A stretch of 64,000 bases of DNA from an uncultured Gemmatimonadales bacterium. GTDB taxonomy: Bacteria > Gemmatimonadota > Gemmatimonadetes > Longimicrobiales > RSA9. This document shows, piece after piece, positions 1-10,675 of this stretch; position 1 is the stretch's first letter, and every line of letters starts with the position of its first letter. The notes beneath the pieces were generated by a model, which ran no database searches, was not told the DNA's origin, and was given only the letters and a program-made list of their open reading frames with translations. The position numbers and the translations under genes are program-made. The DNA is taken from positions 256,001-320,000 of the forward strand of contig CAWCRS010000009.1 in NCBI GenBank assembly GCA_963798085.1, in the 5' to 3' direction.

Positions 1-154
1 GCAGCACGAGGAACAGCACGAAGCCCATCGCCAGCGACTTGGTCCACTCCCACGCCACGTGCCCAATGGTTTGCCGTGCCCCCGCCGCGGGCGCCGGCTG
101 TCCGGCCGACATTCTGCGTGCCGTGCTGACCCGCCTGCCGCGATTCGTCGCCAT
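1..154 (-). CDS. lepB: Signal peptidase I, N-terminal part (runs off the window)
   Basis: Manual translation from ATG at 154 gives MATNRGRR...HVAWEWTKSLAMGFVLFLVL, the typical 'WEW.KS...a.vlflv' membrane anchor of SPase I. The catalytic domain is outside the window. Confidence 0.65.
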   Translation of the reverse strand, partial: MATNRGRRVSTARRMSAGQPAPAAGARQTIGHVAWEWTKSLAMGFVLFLVL

Positions 155-362
155 CCCGTGGCCTCGATCTGCTCTGGAACATGGTCGTACGGTCCGCGAC
201 GAGCGGGCGCACGCGAAACGATACGCCATAATGCAGATGATGTTTCAAACGCGCGACGCGCAGCGCGATGCTCGGGGCGGGTTGCCTGCAATCGCGTGCG
301 GGATGGCCAGGGCGGCGAATACGCGTGAATCGTTCCTGGCCTCGGGGGAAAAGGGTCAGAGG

Positions 363-659
363 AGGGGGAGCGTTCAGGGGTCGAGCGCGGACAAGGGCAC
401 CCGTTCAGGGGAGAGGGCGGGGAGCTGTGGCCAGTTCAAATGAACCGTCCTGCTCTCGAGGATTCCGATTTACCCGAACGCAGCCGTGAGCTGTCGCTGC
501 TTCTCGCATTGTCCGACACGGCGTGAGCAGAGGCGCGCGGGTGACGACTGCCGGCGGCGACGGAATCCGAGCGGGCGGAAAGTGCGGCCAGCGCACCCAC
601 CCCGACCCCTCAACGGGTGCCCGTGCCCGCGCTCGACCTCTGAACCCGACCGCTCCCCT
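363..659. repeat. ~300 bp imperfect fold-back (long inverted repeat) element
   Basis: 363-420 (gggagc-gttcaggggtcgagcgcggacaagggcacccgttcagggg) is the reverse complement of 597-659 with few mismatches. Inner pairs ggattccg/cggaatcc and gcagccgt/acgactgc continue the rod. Confidence 0.75.
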
Positions 660-710
660 GACCCCGGCCCCTGCGCAGCCGCCACCCACCACCATCCAGA
701 AGCCTGCCCG

Positions 711-751
711 AAAAAAACGGGAGGCACCGCCGCGCCTGCGACGATGCCTCC
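711..751 (-). terminator. Rho-independent terminator (minus strand)
   Basis: The minus strand reads ggaggcatcgtcgc-aggc-gcggcggtgcctcc-cgTTTTTTT: a 14-bp stem with two G-U pairs followed by a U7 tract. Confidence 0.8.
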
Positions 752-960
752 ATCCCCCTTCTCCCCCACCAACTGTGCCGCATCATGCGGCGTGCCCACC
801 ATTTCCGAACCGAGGGGACACCGTCCTCGGGTGTCCGGCCTCATCACCGGCACGGCGCGCCGTTCTGGTCGGCGCCGCTCGCATGGAGCGTCTGTCCGTG
901 TCGCCAGGCCCGCGTCGGCGAGGCATACTCCCGTTGGCTCGTGTCCGGACGCGGGTCATT
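711..960 (-). ncRNA. Candidate structured non-coding RNA (unassigned family)
   Basis: It ends in a strong terminator with no credible ORF upstream. It shows serial hairpins and a 3-way junction, with promoter-like elements at 960-1165. Confidence 0.4.
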
Positions 961-975
961 ACAAGACCGGTGCCG
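960..975 (-). promoter_or_regulatory. Sigma54-like -24/-12 element (variant)
   Basis: The minus strand reads CGGCACCGGTCTTGTA, i.e. GG-N10-GT against the consensus TGGCAC-N5-TTGC. The -12 C is replaced by T. Confidence 0.35.
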
Positions 976-1027
976 CTTCCTGCGTGACCTGCGGCCAGAC
1001 CCGGCGCGGGTCGCCTCCAGTATTTGT

Positions 1028-1052
1028 TAAGTAATTTGTATCAAACGATTTA
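1028..1052. promoter_or_regulatory. IHF-like AT-rich quasi-palindrome
   Basis: TAAGTAATTTGTATCAAACGATTTA is an AT island in GC-rich DNA and contains TATCAA-N4-TT, resembling WATCAANNNNTTR. Confidence 0.45.
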
Positions 1053-1133
1053 ACTGCATGCGACAACACGGATCCCGGGGCTGCTATGGCGATGCCGGAG
1101 CGGTTGCCAGAGCCTGCCGGCGGGCTTCGCGGC

Positions 1134-1165
1134 TGGCGTCGTGCAAATACCGTTGCAAAGCGCCA
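1134..1165. promoter_or_regulatory. Palindromic operator/enhancer-like site
   Basis: TGGCG-N3-TGCAA-N6-TTGCA-N3-CGCCA, lying between the candidate ncRNA and hutU. Confidence 0.35.
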
Positions 1166-1300
1166 TGAAATCCCGGTCCGGGTCCGGGTCAGCGCGGCAC
1201 GGTGCCGCGGCGGCGCAGGCAACCGGCCGGGCGGCGGCGTTGCGATTCGGGGAGAGGCCAGCCATTCTCCGCCAACACCTCCTGCCGAGGAAGAACCGTC

Positions 1301-2962
<1,662 letters not shown>

Positions 2963-2970
2963 CCGTGACC

Positions 2971-3198
2971 CGACTGCGTTGCTGGTTGCTCGTTGCCGGG
3001 GCTGGTTGCCCGGGAACGAATTGAACGGATCCGGAGGCGTTGCTGGGGCTGGGGCTCGGGCTGGGGCTGGGGATTGCATCGTGCGCTTCGAACACGTGGT
3101 TAGGTTACCGTCCGGGCCCCAGAAGCGCGGGTTGATCTGATGAATCCCTTCCCGGGCAACCAGCCCCAGCAACCAGCAACCAGCAACCAGCAACGCTG
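2971..3198. repeat. Family A palindromic intergenic element (CAGCAAC/GGGGCT-repeat type)
   Basis: ~41-bp arm at 2976-3016 (gcgttgctggttgctcgttgccggggctggttgcccgggaa) inverted at 3149-3196. It contains CAGCAAC heptamers and GGGGCT hexamers. Confidence 0.85.
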
Positions 3199-3228
3199 TC
3201 CGACAACGCTGAAAAGGCGAGACCCCGA

Positions 3229-4641
3229 GTGCAGGCCCTGATCCCCGATCTCCTCTACGTCGACGGGCGGTTCCGGCGGGATTTCGCGGTGGAGTTTTCG
3301 CCGACGACGGGGCTCATCACGCGGGTGGTGGAATCGAAGGAGCTGTTCGCCAACGGCGTCGCGGACGGCGGGCCCATGCTGCGCCTGCGCGATCGCGCGC
3401 TGCTGCCGGGCTTCGTGAACGCGCATTCGCACGCGTTCCAGCGCGTGATCCGCGGGAAAGGCCAGTGGCGGCCGGTGGATCGCGAGAAGTCCGACTTCTG
3501 GACGTGGCGTGAAGCCATGTACGGAGCGGCGCTGTCACTGACACCGGAGGATGTATTCGAGGTTTCGCGCTTCTGCTTCATCGAGATGCTGTGCGCGGGC
3601 TACACGACGGTGGGCGAGTTCCACTACCTGCACCGCGCGGAGGATGGGCAGCCGTACGACTCGCCCGGCGAGCTGGCGCACCGCGTGATCGCCGCGGCGG
3701 AAGATGCGGGCATCCGCATCTGCCTGCTCAACACGGCGTACGCGTGCGGCGGCATTGGCCAGGCACTGCAGCCGGAGCAGCGGCGCTTCGCCACGCCCGA
3801 TCTGGAAGCCTATCTCACGGACACGGTGGAGCTGGCGGACCTTGCGGGCAAGCGGCCGCTGGTAACCGTGGGTGTTGCGCCGCACAGCCTGCGCGCAGTT
3901 CCGAAAGCGTGGCTGGGGCCGATGCATTCGCTGGCGTTCGGTCTGGGCGCGCCGCTGCACATGCACGTGAGCGAGCAGCCGGCGGAAGTCAGCGCGTGTC
4001 TCGAGGTGTACGGTCGCCGTCCCATCGAACTGCTGGCCGAAAGCGGCATGATCGACCAGCACTTCACCGCGATTCACGCGACGCACCTCACCTTCCGCGA
4101 AGTCGAACTGCTGGGCACACCCGGCCCCACGGTATGCGCGTGTCCCAGCACGGAGCGTGATCTGGGCGACGGCTTTCTTCCCGGCAGAGAGCTGATCGAA
4201 GCGGGCGCGCGCATTGCGCTCGGCACGGACAGTCAGACGCTGATCGATCCGCTGGGCGAGATGCGGCTGCTCGAGTATCACGAGCGCCTGCGCCGCCAGC
4301 GGCGCACGGTGCTGACGCAGCCGGTGGGCAGCGCGCGCATGGAAGTGGCGCCCACACTTCTGGAAATGGGAACAGCCGCGGGCGCGCGCGCGTTGCATCT
4401 TCCGGCGGGCCGGATCGCGCGTGATGCGTGCGCGGACTTCGTCGCCATTGATCTGGGACATCGCGCGCTGGAGGGCTGGACGGACGAAAACCTGGATGCG
4501 TTTCTCGCGTTGTGCGCACCGCCGGATGTCGTAAGCGACGTGTGGGTGGGCGGACTGCAGCGCGTGCAGGGTGGCCGGCATCGCCTGGACCGCGAGAGCG
4601 CTGCGGCGTTTCGCGGGGTAGCAGCACGTATTGCGGGTTGA
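3229..4641 (+). CDS. hutF: Formimidoylglutamate deiminase
   Basis: Motifs PGFVNAHSHAFQR, DFWTWREAMY, VGEFHYLH, APHSLRAV, HMHVSEQ, CPSTERDLGDG and GTDS. Adjacent to hutU. Confidence 0.93.
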   Translation: MQALIPDLLYVDGRFRRDFAVEFSPTTGLITRVVESKELFANGVADGGPMLRLRDRALLPGFVNAHSHAFQRVIRGKGQWRPVDREKSDFWTWREAMYGAALSLTPEDVFEVSRFCFIEMLCAGYTTVGEFHYLHRAEDGQPYDSPGELAHRVIAAAEDAGIRICLLNTAYACGGIGQALQPEQRRFATPDLEAYLTDTVELADLAGKRPLVTVGVAPHSLRAVPKAWLGPMHSLAFGLGAPLHMHVSEQPAEVSACLEVYGRRPIELLAESGMIDQHFTAIHATHLTFREVELLGTPGPTVCACPSTERDLGDGFLPGRELIEAGARIALGTDSQTLIDPLGEMRLLEYHERLRRQRRTVLTQPVGSARMEVAPTLLEMGTAAGARALHLPAGRIARDACADFVAIDLGHRALEGWTDENLDAFLALCAPPDVVSDVWVGGLQRVQGGRHRLDRESAAAFRGVAARIAG

Positions 4642-4677
4642 AGTGTCGCTGGAATTTCTGTCACAGGTTGCCGCAAC

Positions 4678-5811
4678 ATGAGTGGATTCCGCCTCGGCTC
4701 CATTTTCGACTTCGAGATCCGCATCGACTTCTCGTGGTTCGTGATCTTCTTCCTCATCCTGTGGTCGTTCTCGACGGGCGTCTTTCCCGCACAGGTACCC
4801 GGTTACTCGCGCACGGTCTACCTGCTGATGGGGGGTGCGGGCGCGCTGCTCTTCTTCGCATCGCTGCTGGGCCATGAGCTGTCCCATTCGCTGATCGCGA
4901 AACGCAAGGGCATCGTCGTGGAAGGCATCACGCTGTTCATCTTCGGCGGCGTGGCGAGGACGCGATCGGAGGCGACGACGCCGGGCGACGAGTTCGCGAT
5001 TGCGGGTGTCGGCCCGCTGGCCAGCCTGATTATCGCCGCCGCGCTCTACGGCCTGTCCGTGCTGGGCGCGCGCGTCGGCATCAGCAGCGCCGTCAATGCG
5101 GTGCTCGAGTACCTGGCGCTGCTCAACCTGGTGCTCGCGATTTTCAACCTGCTGCCCGGTTTTCCGCTGGATGGCGGGCGCCTGTTCCGCGCCATCGTCT
5201 GGAAGCTGACGGGCAGCCTCGACCGGGCCACACGCGCGGCGACGGCGGGCGGACGACTGCTCGGATGGGCGCTCGTGCTCTGGGGCGCCGTGCAGGCGCT
5301 CTACCAGAACAACTGGGTAGGCGGCATCTGGCTCGTGTTCATCGGGTGGTACCTGCGCAATGCCGCGGTGGTGAGCTATCAGCAGCATCGCATCCAGGAT
5401 GTGCTTAGCGGGGTGAGCGCGGCGCAGACGATGTCGCCATCGCCGCAGACCGTGACGCCCGACATCACGCTGCAGCAGCTGATGGACGACGTGTTCATGC
5501 GCAGCCGCTTCGTTGCGTTTCCCGTGGTCGAGGACGGCAGGCCCATAGGTCTGGTGACGCTGCATCAGCTGCGCGAGGTACCACGCGACGAGTGGGCGTA
5601 CGTGCAGGTTCGCCATGTCATGCTGCCGCTCGAGCCGCAGCTCGTCGTGAGTCCGGAAGAGAGCATGATGACCGTGATGGATCGGCTGCGCGCGTCGCCG
5701 GCCAGCCGCGTGCTGGTCATGTCGGACGGTCAACTCGTCGGCATCATTACGGCACGCGATGTGGCGCACTGGCTGGAACGCGCACGCCAGATACAGGATG
5801 TGCGTTCGTGA
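4678..5811 (+). CDS. Site-2 protease (M50) with C-terminal CBS pair
   Basis: HELSH zinc motif, FNLLPGFPLDGGR motif, transmembrane helices and two CBS repeats. Confidence 0.92.
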   Translation: MSGFRLGSIFDFEIRIDFSWFVIFFLILWSFSTGVFPAQVPGYSRTVYLLMGGAGALLFFASLLGHELSHSLIAKRKGIVVEGITLFIFGGVARTRSEATTPGDEFAIAGVGPLASLIIAAALYGLSVLGARVGISSAVNAVLEYLALLNLVLAIFNLLPGFPLDGGRLFRAIVWKLTGSLDRATRAATAGGRLLGWALVLWGAVQALYQNNWVGGIWLVFIGWYLRNAAVVSYQQHRIQDVLSGVSAAQTMSPSPQTVTPDITLQQLMDDVFMRSRFVAFPVVEDGRPIGLVTLHQLREVPRDEWAYVQVRHVMLPLEPQLVVSPEESMMTVMDRLRASPASRVLVMSDGQLVGIITARDVAHWLERARQIQDVRS

Positions 5812-6662
5812 GCGACCGGTCGCGTCGAGCCGGCATGTTCATTCCCGCAGCGCAGCTGCCGGATGGTTTCGTGGACCAGCTGCACGAGTCGAGCGCGCAT
5901 CCGGTGCAGCCCAGGCCGGCGGCGACGGTCGTGCTCATGCGCGACGGCGAGGCGGGTCCCGAAGTGCTGCTCCAGCGGCGCACGCGCAACGTGGGTTTCG
6001 TGCCGGGCGCCTGGGTCTTTCCTGGTGGGCGGGTCGACGCCGCGGATGGCGATCCCGCGCTCTGGACAGGTCAGAGCCCGCCGCTGGAACCGGCACCGGA
6101 GTACTGGGCGGCCGCGCTGCGCGAGCTGTTCGAGGAAGCCGGTATCCTGCTGGCGCAGAACGAGCGCGGCGAGTACGCTCCTGACACACGCGATGCCGCG
6201 ATGAACGAGTCACGCGCCGCACTGCTCGCGAATCGCGTGACCCTGCACCGTGTACTGGAGGAGCGCCGACTGCGCATCGCACTCGAGCCGATGGTCTATT
6301 TTTCTCACTGGATCACACCGCTACCCGAGCCCCGTCGCTACGACACGCGTTTCTTCCTCGCCGCGCTGCCGCCTGGCCGCACGGCCACGGCGAACGTGCA
6401 TGAGACCAGCGCCAGCGCCTGGCTCACGCCGGCCGCCGCGCTGCAGCAGTTCGCCGATGGACGCCTGCCGATGGTGTTTCCCACGGTGCGCACGCTCGAG
6501 GGCCTGGCCGGATTCGCTCACGTAAACGCGGCGCTGCAGGCTCTGCGCGGCCGATCGGTGACACCGGTGCTGCCCCGGCTCGTGCGCACCATCGAGGGCG
6601 TTTCGCTGCTGGTGGATGAGGCTTCTGCTGGAGGGAACGAGGAGGATCATGACGGAGCGTAG
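5808..6662 (+). CDS. NUDIX hydrolase (Nudt19-like)
   Basis: Motifs PRPAATVVLMRD, FPGGRVD, AALRELFEEAG, HWITP..RRYDTRFF and PMVFPT. GTG start overlaps the previous stop. Confidence 0.88.
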   Translation: MSDRSRRAGMFIPAAQLPDGFVDQLHESSAHPVQPRPAATVVLMRDGEAGPEVLLQRRTRNVGFVPGAWVFPGGRVDAADGDPALWTGQSPPLEPAPEYWAAALRELFEEAGILLAQNERGEYAPDTRDAAMNESRAALLANRVTLHRVLEERRLRIALEPMVYFSHWITPLPEPRRYDTRFFLAALPPGRTATANVHETSASAWLTPAAALQQFADGRLPMVFPTVRTLEGLAGFAHVNAALQALRGRSVTPVLPRLVRTIEGVSLLVDEASAGGNEEDHDGA

Positions 6663-8109
6663 GCCCGCGACGGTGGGCGAGTTGAAGAAGAGCGGTTATC
6701 AGCCGCGATCCGTGAAGGATGAGCTGCGCATCAACCTGATCTGCCGACTGCGCCGCGGCGACGCACTCTTCCCCGGCATCGTCGGCTACGAAGACACGGT
6801 GATTCCACAGATCATCAATGCACTGCTGGCGCGGCAGAACTTCATTCTGCTGGGTCTGCGCGGACAGGCGAAGAGCCGCATCATCCGGCAGCTTGCCGAC
6901 CTGCTGGATGCCGAGACGCCGATCATTGCGGGCAGTGAGATCAACGACGATCCGCTGCAGCCCATCTCGAAGCATGCGCGCATGCTGCTCGAGGAGATGG
7001 GTGACGAAGCGCCCATCGCCTGGGTGCCGCGCGATGCGCGCTTCGTCGAGAAGCTGGCCACGCCGGATGTGACGATCGCCGACATCATCGGTGATGTCGA
7101 TCCCATTCGCGCCGCGCGCGGCGGCCATGTGCTCGCCGATGAGCTGACCATCCATTACGGGCTGCTGCCGCGCGCCAACCGCGGCATTTTCGCGCTCAAC
7201 GAGTTGCCCGACCTGGCTGGCAAGATCCAGGTGGGCCTCTTCAACATCATGCAGGAAGGCGACATCCAGATCAAAGGCTACCCGGTGCGACTGCCGCTCG
7301 ATGTGCTGCTCGTTTTCACCGCGAATCCGGAAGACTACACGGCGAGAGGCAAGATCATTACGCCGCTCAAGGACCGCATCGGTGCGGAGGTGATGACGCA
7401 CTACCCGGAAGGCATCGAGGCAGGCGTGCGCATCACTGCACAGGAAGCCTGGCTGGCGCGTGACACGGACGGCGCACCCATCATCATTCCGGAATTCGTG
7501 GCCGAGACGATTGAGCGCGTGGCTTTCCTGGCGCGCAAGGACAAGCGCGTGGACCAGCGCTCCGGTGTGAGTCAGCGCATGCCCATCAGCGTGCTGGAGA
7601 ACGCGGTCTCCAACGCCGAACGGCGCGCGCTCTCCTGCCGCGAAACGGAAATCGTGCCTCGCCCGTCGGACATTTACGCCGCACTGCCCTCGATCACCGG
7701 CAAGATCGAGCTGGAGTACGAGGGCGAACTGATCGGTGCGGACAAGATCGCGCGCGAGCTGGTCAGCTCGGCCGCCGGCGAAACCTTCTCGGCATGGGGG
7801 GGCGAAGCCGCAGCCGATCCGCTGGAGGAAGTCGTCGATTACTTCGAGCGCGGCGGCGTGCTGCAGGTGGGTGATACGGCCAGCGGTCCGGCATCGCTCG
7901 AGGGCTTCCAGACGGTGCCCGGACTCCTCGATGCGGTGGACCGCGTGGGCTGGCGCAAGGCGGATTCGCCCGGCTGGACCGTCGCCGCATGTGAAATGGT
8001 GCTGGAAGCGCTCGTTGCGGAACGACGCATCTCGCGCAGCGAGGGCGGCAACTACGGCCGCGCGCCGCGCCGAGGTCCGTCGCCCGGCAAGCCACCGTTC
8101 GACGTGTGA
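6649..8109 (+). CDS. MoxR/magnesium-chelatase-like AAA+ ATPase
   Basis: P-loop variant GLRGQAKS, plus RANRGIFALNELPDL and ANPEDYTARGKIITPLKDR. RBS ggagg precedes ATG 6649. Confidence 0.88.
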   Translation: MTERRPATVGELKKSGYQPRSVKDELRINLICRLRRGDALFPGIVGYEDTVIPQIINALLARQNFILLGLRGQAKSRIIRQLADLLDAETPIIAGSEINDDPLQPISKHARMLLEEMGDEAPIAWVPRDARFVEKLATPDVTIADIIGDVDPIRAARGGHVLADELTIHYGLLPRANRGIFALNELPDLAGKIQVGLFNIMQEGDIQIKGYPVRLPLDVLLVFTANPEDYTARGKIITPLKDRIGAEVMTHYPEGIEAGVRITAQEAWLARDTDGAPIIIPEFVAETIERVAFLARKDKRVDQRSGVSQRMPISVLENAVSNAERRALSCRETEIVPRPSDIYAALPSITGKIELEYEGELIGADKIARELVSSAAGETFSAWGGEAAADPLEEVVDYFERGGVLQVGDTASGPASLEGFQTVPGLLDAVDRVGWRKADSPGWTVAACEMVLEALVAERRISRSEGGNYGRAPRRGPSPGKPPFDV

Positions 8110-8159
8110 ACGAAAGCGGCGGCGCCAGCGCGCCACCGCCATCACGCGCGGCTCTCCAG

Positions 8160-8200
8160 GCGCCGGCGGAACGCGAGTGTTCCGCCGGCGCTTTTCATTT
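8160..8200 (+). terminator. Rho-independent terminator
   Basis: gcgccggcggaac-gcgagt-gttccgccggcgc-TTTT: a perfect 13-bp stem after the AAA gene. Confidence 0.85.
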
Positions 8201-8269
8201 CGCGACGCTGCGTTTGACGGCTGCGGATTTCGCCACCCGTCCTGTGAAGCCTGCAACGAGAGTGGCGCG

Positions 8270-9649
8270 CTACTCGTGTTCGTGCTGCGCAGGCATGCTC
8301 CTGCGCTGCGCAGCGGCGGGACGGAGTGAAGCGAACAGGGCGAAGCCGGGCGCGCGCTCGCGACCATAGATGTCGGCGATCTGCGTGGGCACGAAGCTGA
8401 GCGATGCACGCCCGCCGATGCCCGCCTCCGCGCTGCCCATGCGCACGCGCAGCTGATAGCCGGCCGACAATTCCGCAACACGCAGGCGCCGCGGGTTCGC
8501 AATGTGGTCGTGGGAGCCGTCCTCGTGCTCGATGATGGTGATGCGCGGATCATCGCGCTGCGCGTACTCGGCGCGCGCGAAGAACGTGTGGCGCATAGTT
8601 GGCGACAGCGCGGTCTCGAACAGCGCGGCACTGAGCGGCAGGAAGCCGTCGTGCATGTGCGCGGCGCCCACGGTCGTAGCCCACTGTCCCTCTCCCAGTG
8701 GCTGGTTCTGCGATGCGCTGAGCGTGATCATGCGCAGGGTGCTGCCCGCGCCCGGATAATGCGACACCGTGCTGTGGATACGGCCAGCCGAAGCCTGCAG
8801 CGACCAGTGCGCCGCAGGATTGTACGAGAGGCGGGCGGACTGCGAATGCAGCGGCGCGAGAGATGGCGCGAAGCGGTCGCCGTTCACGGGTTCGCCATTG
8901 AAGATGGAGCCTTCCAGCTTCCAGCGGCTCGCCACCAGGCCGGCCGTGACCACACCATCGGCGACGTGTGCGGGATTCAGCTCGTGGTCGGTAATGGGCG
9001 ATACCGGATCGAACGCGGCCGAGGCCCTGTGCACGGAGGAGACGGGTCCGAGGGCGGGTTCGCCGGCCAGGCCGCCGTAGAGCAGCAGGCCCAGCCGCCC
9101 GCTAACAGGTTGTTCCCAGCGCGCGGCCAGTTCCATGAGCGGCGGATGCGGGTGCTGGTACTCGCGCACGCCATCCGTGGAGCAGAGCGGGCCCGCCGAA
9201 AAGAGCAGGGGATAGCCGCAGCTTCCCAGGGTCAGCGTTTCCATGCTGCCCATGGCCGTCAGGGCGAGCGAACCGCCCAGCGCTGCGCGGCTGGCGCCCA
9301 GCATGAGCCAGTTGGCGCTGCCCAGCCGGGCGCTGCCCTTCGTCGAAGTTTCGCGCACGTATCCGAAGAACACGGAGCCGTGCAGCATCAGCTGCCAGCC
9401 ACCCAGGCGGCCATGCAGCGCATCCATGGGCGTGGCATCGGGCTGCCAGCTGGTGCCCGAAGCCAGGCGGGTCGCCGGGGTGGTGGACTCACGACTGGCG
9501 CCGTTCTGAGCCAGCTGCGCCCGCAGCGGCGGCGGCAGAAACAGCAGCGCCGCGGCCGGGATGACGCCGCCTGCGGAGACCCGCAGCGTCAGCCGGACCA
9601 CGGCGCCGCGCAGCGTGCCGCGGCAGCGCCGGCTGCCGCGCTGCATCAT
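8270..9649 (-). CDS. Secreted/outer-membrane beta-barrel-like protein with His-rich segments
   Basis: Signal peptide, SGTSWQPDATPM, QHPHP, alternating beta-strand pattern, EHEDGSHDH loop and a C-terminal HEHE. Confidence 0.7.
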   Translation of the reverse strand: MMQRGSRRCRGTLRGAVVRLTLRVSAGGVIPAAALLFLPPPLRAQLAQNGASRESTTPATRLASGTSWQPDATPMDALHGRLGGWQLMLHGSVFFGYVRETSTKGSARLGSANWLMLGASRAALGGSLALTAMGSMETLTLGSCGYPLLFSAGPLCSTDGVREYQHPHPPLMELAARWEQPVSGRLGLLLYGGLAGEPALGPVSSVHRASAAFDPVSPITDHELNPAHVADGVVTAGLVASRWKLEGSIFNGEPVNGDRFAPSLAPLHSQSARLSYNPAAHWSLQASAGRIHSTVSHYPGAGSTLRMITLSASQNQPLGEGQWATTVGAAHMHDGFLPLSAALFETALSPTMRHTFFARAEYAQRDDPRITIIEHEDGSHDHIANPRRLRVAELSAGYQLRVRMGSAEAGIGGRASLSFVPTQIADIYGRERAPGFALFASLRPAAAQRRSMPAQHEHE

Positions 9650-9655
9650 GGCCGG

Positions 9656-10150
9656 CTACCTGGTCACGACCTGGCCGCGGATCTCGCCCGCCGCATTGGT
9701 CACCGTGTGATAGTTGACGTACGCATGGCCGTTGCGCAGCAGCGTCAACACGGAGTCCACCGTGACGCCGGTCTTGATGGTGAAGCTGCTGGAGGGAAAC
9801 GTACCGCTGCTCAACACGCCGTTAGTCACGTTGACGCCCGGCGCCGCCGCCGCGAACAGCGTCACCAGCACGCCCACGGCCGTGTTGCTGTCAGCCGGGC
9901 CGTGGATGTGCGCCGCCGTGGCGCCGGTCAGGTTGGTCGCGTTCAGCGTGAAGGTCACGGTGCCATCGGCATTGTTGGTGAAGGTGGCCGTGCCGGTGGC
10001 GTTGCTGTTGATGGCGGTGGGCTTCTCGTTGGCGCCGTTCAGCGTGGCCGTGAACTGCTCCTTCGCCGGCTCCGTGTTGCTGTCCTTGCAGCCGAGTGAG
10101 AACGCGACCAGGCTGGTGAGCAGCGCGGAAAGCAGGGGACGATGCGACAT
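9656..10150 (-). CDS. CHRD-domain lipoprotein
   Basis: Lipobox SLG-C. CHRD motifs FTATLNGANE, AAHIHGPA and AYVNYHT...GEIRGQ. RBS aggag. Confidence 0.9.
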   Translation of the reverse strand: MSHRPLLSALLTSLVAFSLGCKDSNTEPAKEQFTATLNGANEKPTAINSNATGTATFTNNADGTVTFTLNATNLTGATAAHIHGPADSNTAVGVLVTLFAAAAPGVNVTNGVLSSGTFPSSSFTIKTGVTVDSVLTLLRNGHAYVNYHTVTNAAGEIRGQVVTR

Positions 10151-10195
10151 GAAGTCTCTCCTGTGAGCGATGGTCAAGAATGGGCGGGCATTGGC

Positions 10196-10675
10196 CTACT
10201 CCACCACGACGACGCCGCGCATGAACTGCGCATGAGGAATGCAGTGATAGTCGTAGCGACCGGGCTGACTGAACACGAAGCTGAAGATGGAGCCGGTCGT
10301 GAGCGAAGGTGAGTTCCACAGCCCTGTGTCCGAGGTGGTGGTGTGCGCGTCGATGCTGGACACCTCGCAGTCCACCCAGGTGACGCGCGTACCGGCGGGC
10401 ACGTGCAGCTCCTCCGGATGAAAGGCGAAATCCTTGAGCGCCACCACGGCGCCGACCGCGCCGATGACCGGGGAGTCGAGACGGAGCCGGCAGTCGCCGG
10501 CGGCGGGACCGACGACAGCGCCGGGCTGATCGGAAAAGCAGCCGAGCAGCAGTGTGGCGATGCCGGTGAAGGCGAGCAGCACGCCGGTAGTCCATGGCCG
10601 CCGCGTGTGCAGGCGGTACCTCGCCCGCTGCGGGCAAGGGCGGGTCGAGCAGAGATGACGCAGGGGCTGATCCAT
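10196..10675 (-). CDS. Cupredoxin (plastocyanin/amicyanin-like) lipoprotein
   Basis: Lipobox LLG-C. Type-1 Cu ligands in AHTTTS ... YHCIPHAQFM. The start is uncertain (10675 or 10582). Confidence 0.85.
   Translation of the reverse strand: MDQPLRHLCSTRPCPQRARYRLHTRRPWTTGVLLAFTGIATLLLGCFSDQPGAVVGPAAGDCRLRLDSPVIGAVGAVVALKDFAFHPEELHVPAGTRVTWVDCEVSSIDAHTTTSDTGLWNSPSLTTGSIFSFVFSQPGRYDYHCIPHAQFMRGVVVVE

Noticed and set aside
972..991. SRP RNA-like motif (minus strand CAGGTCACGCAGGAAGCGGC)
   Set aside because: It lacks the GNRA tetraloop and closing pairs of SRP helix 8 and the AGCAG box.
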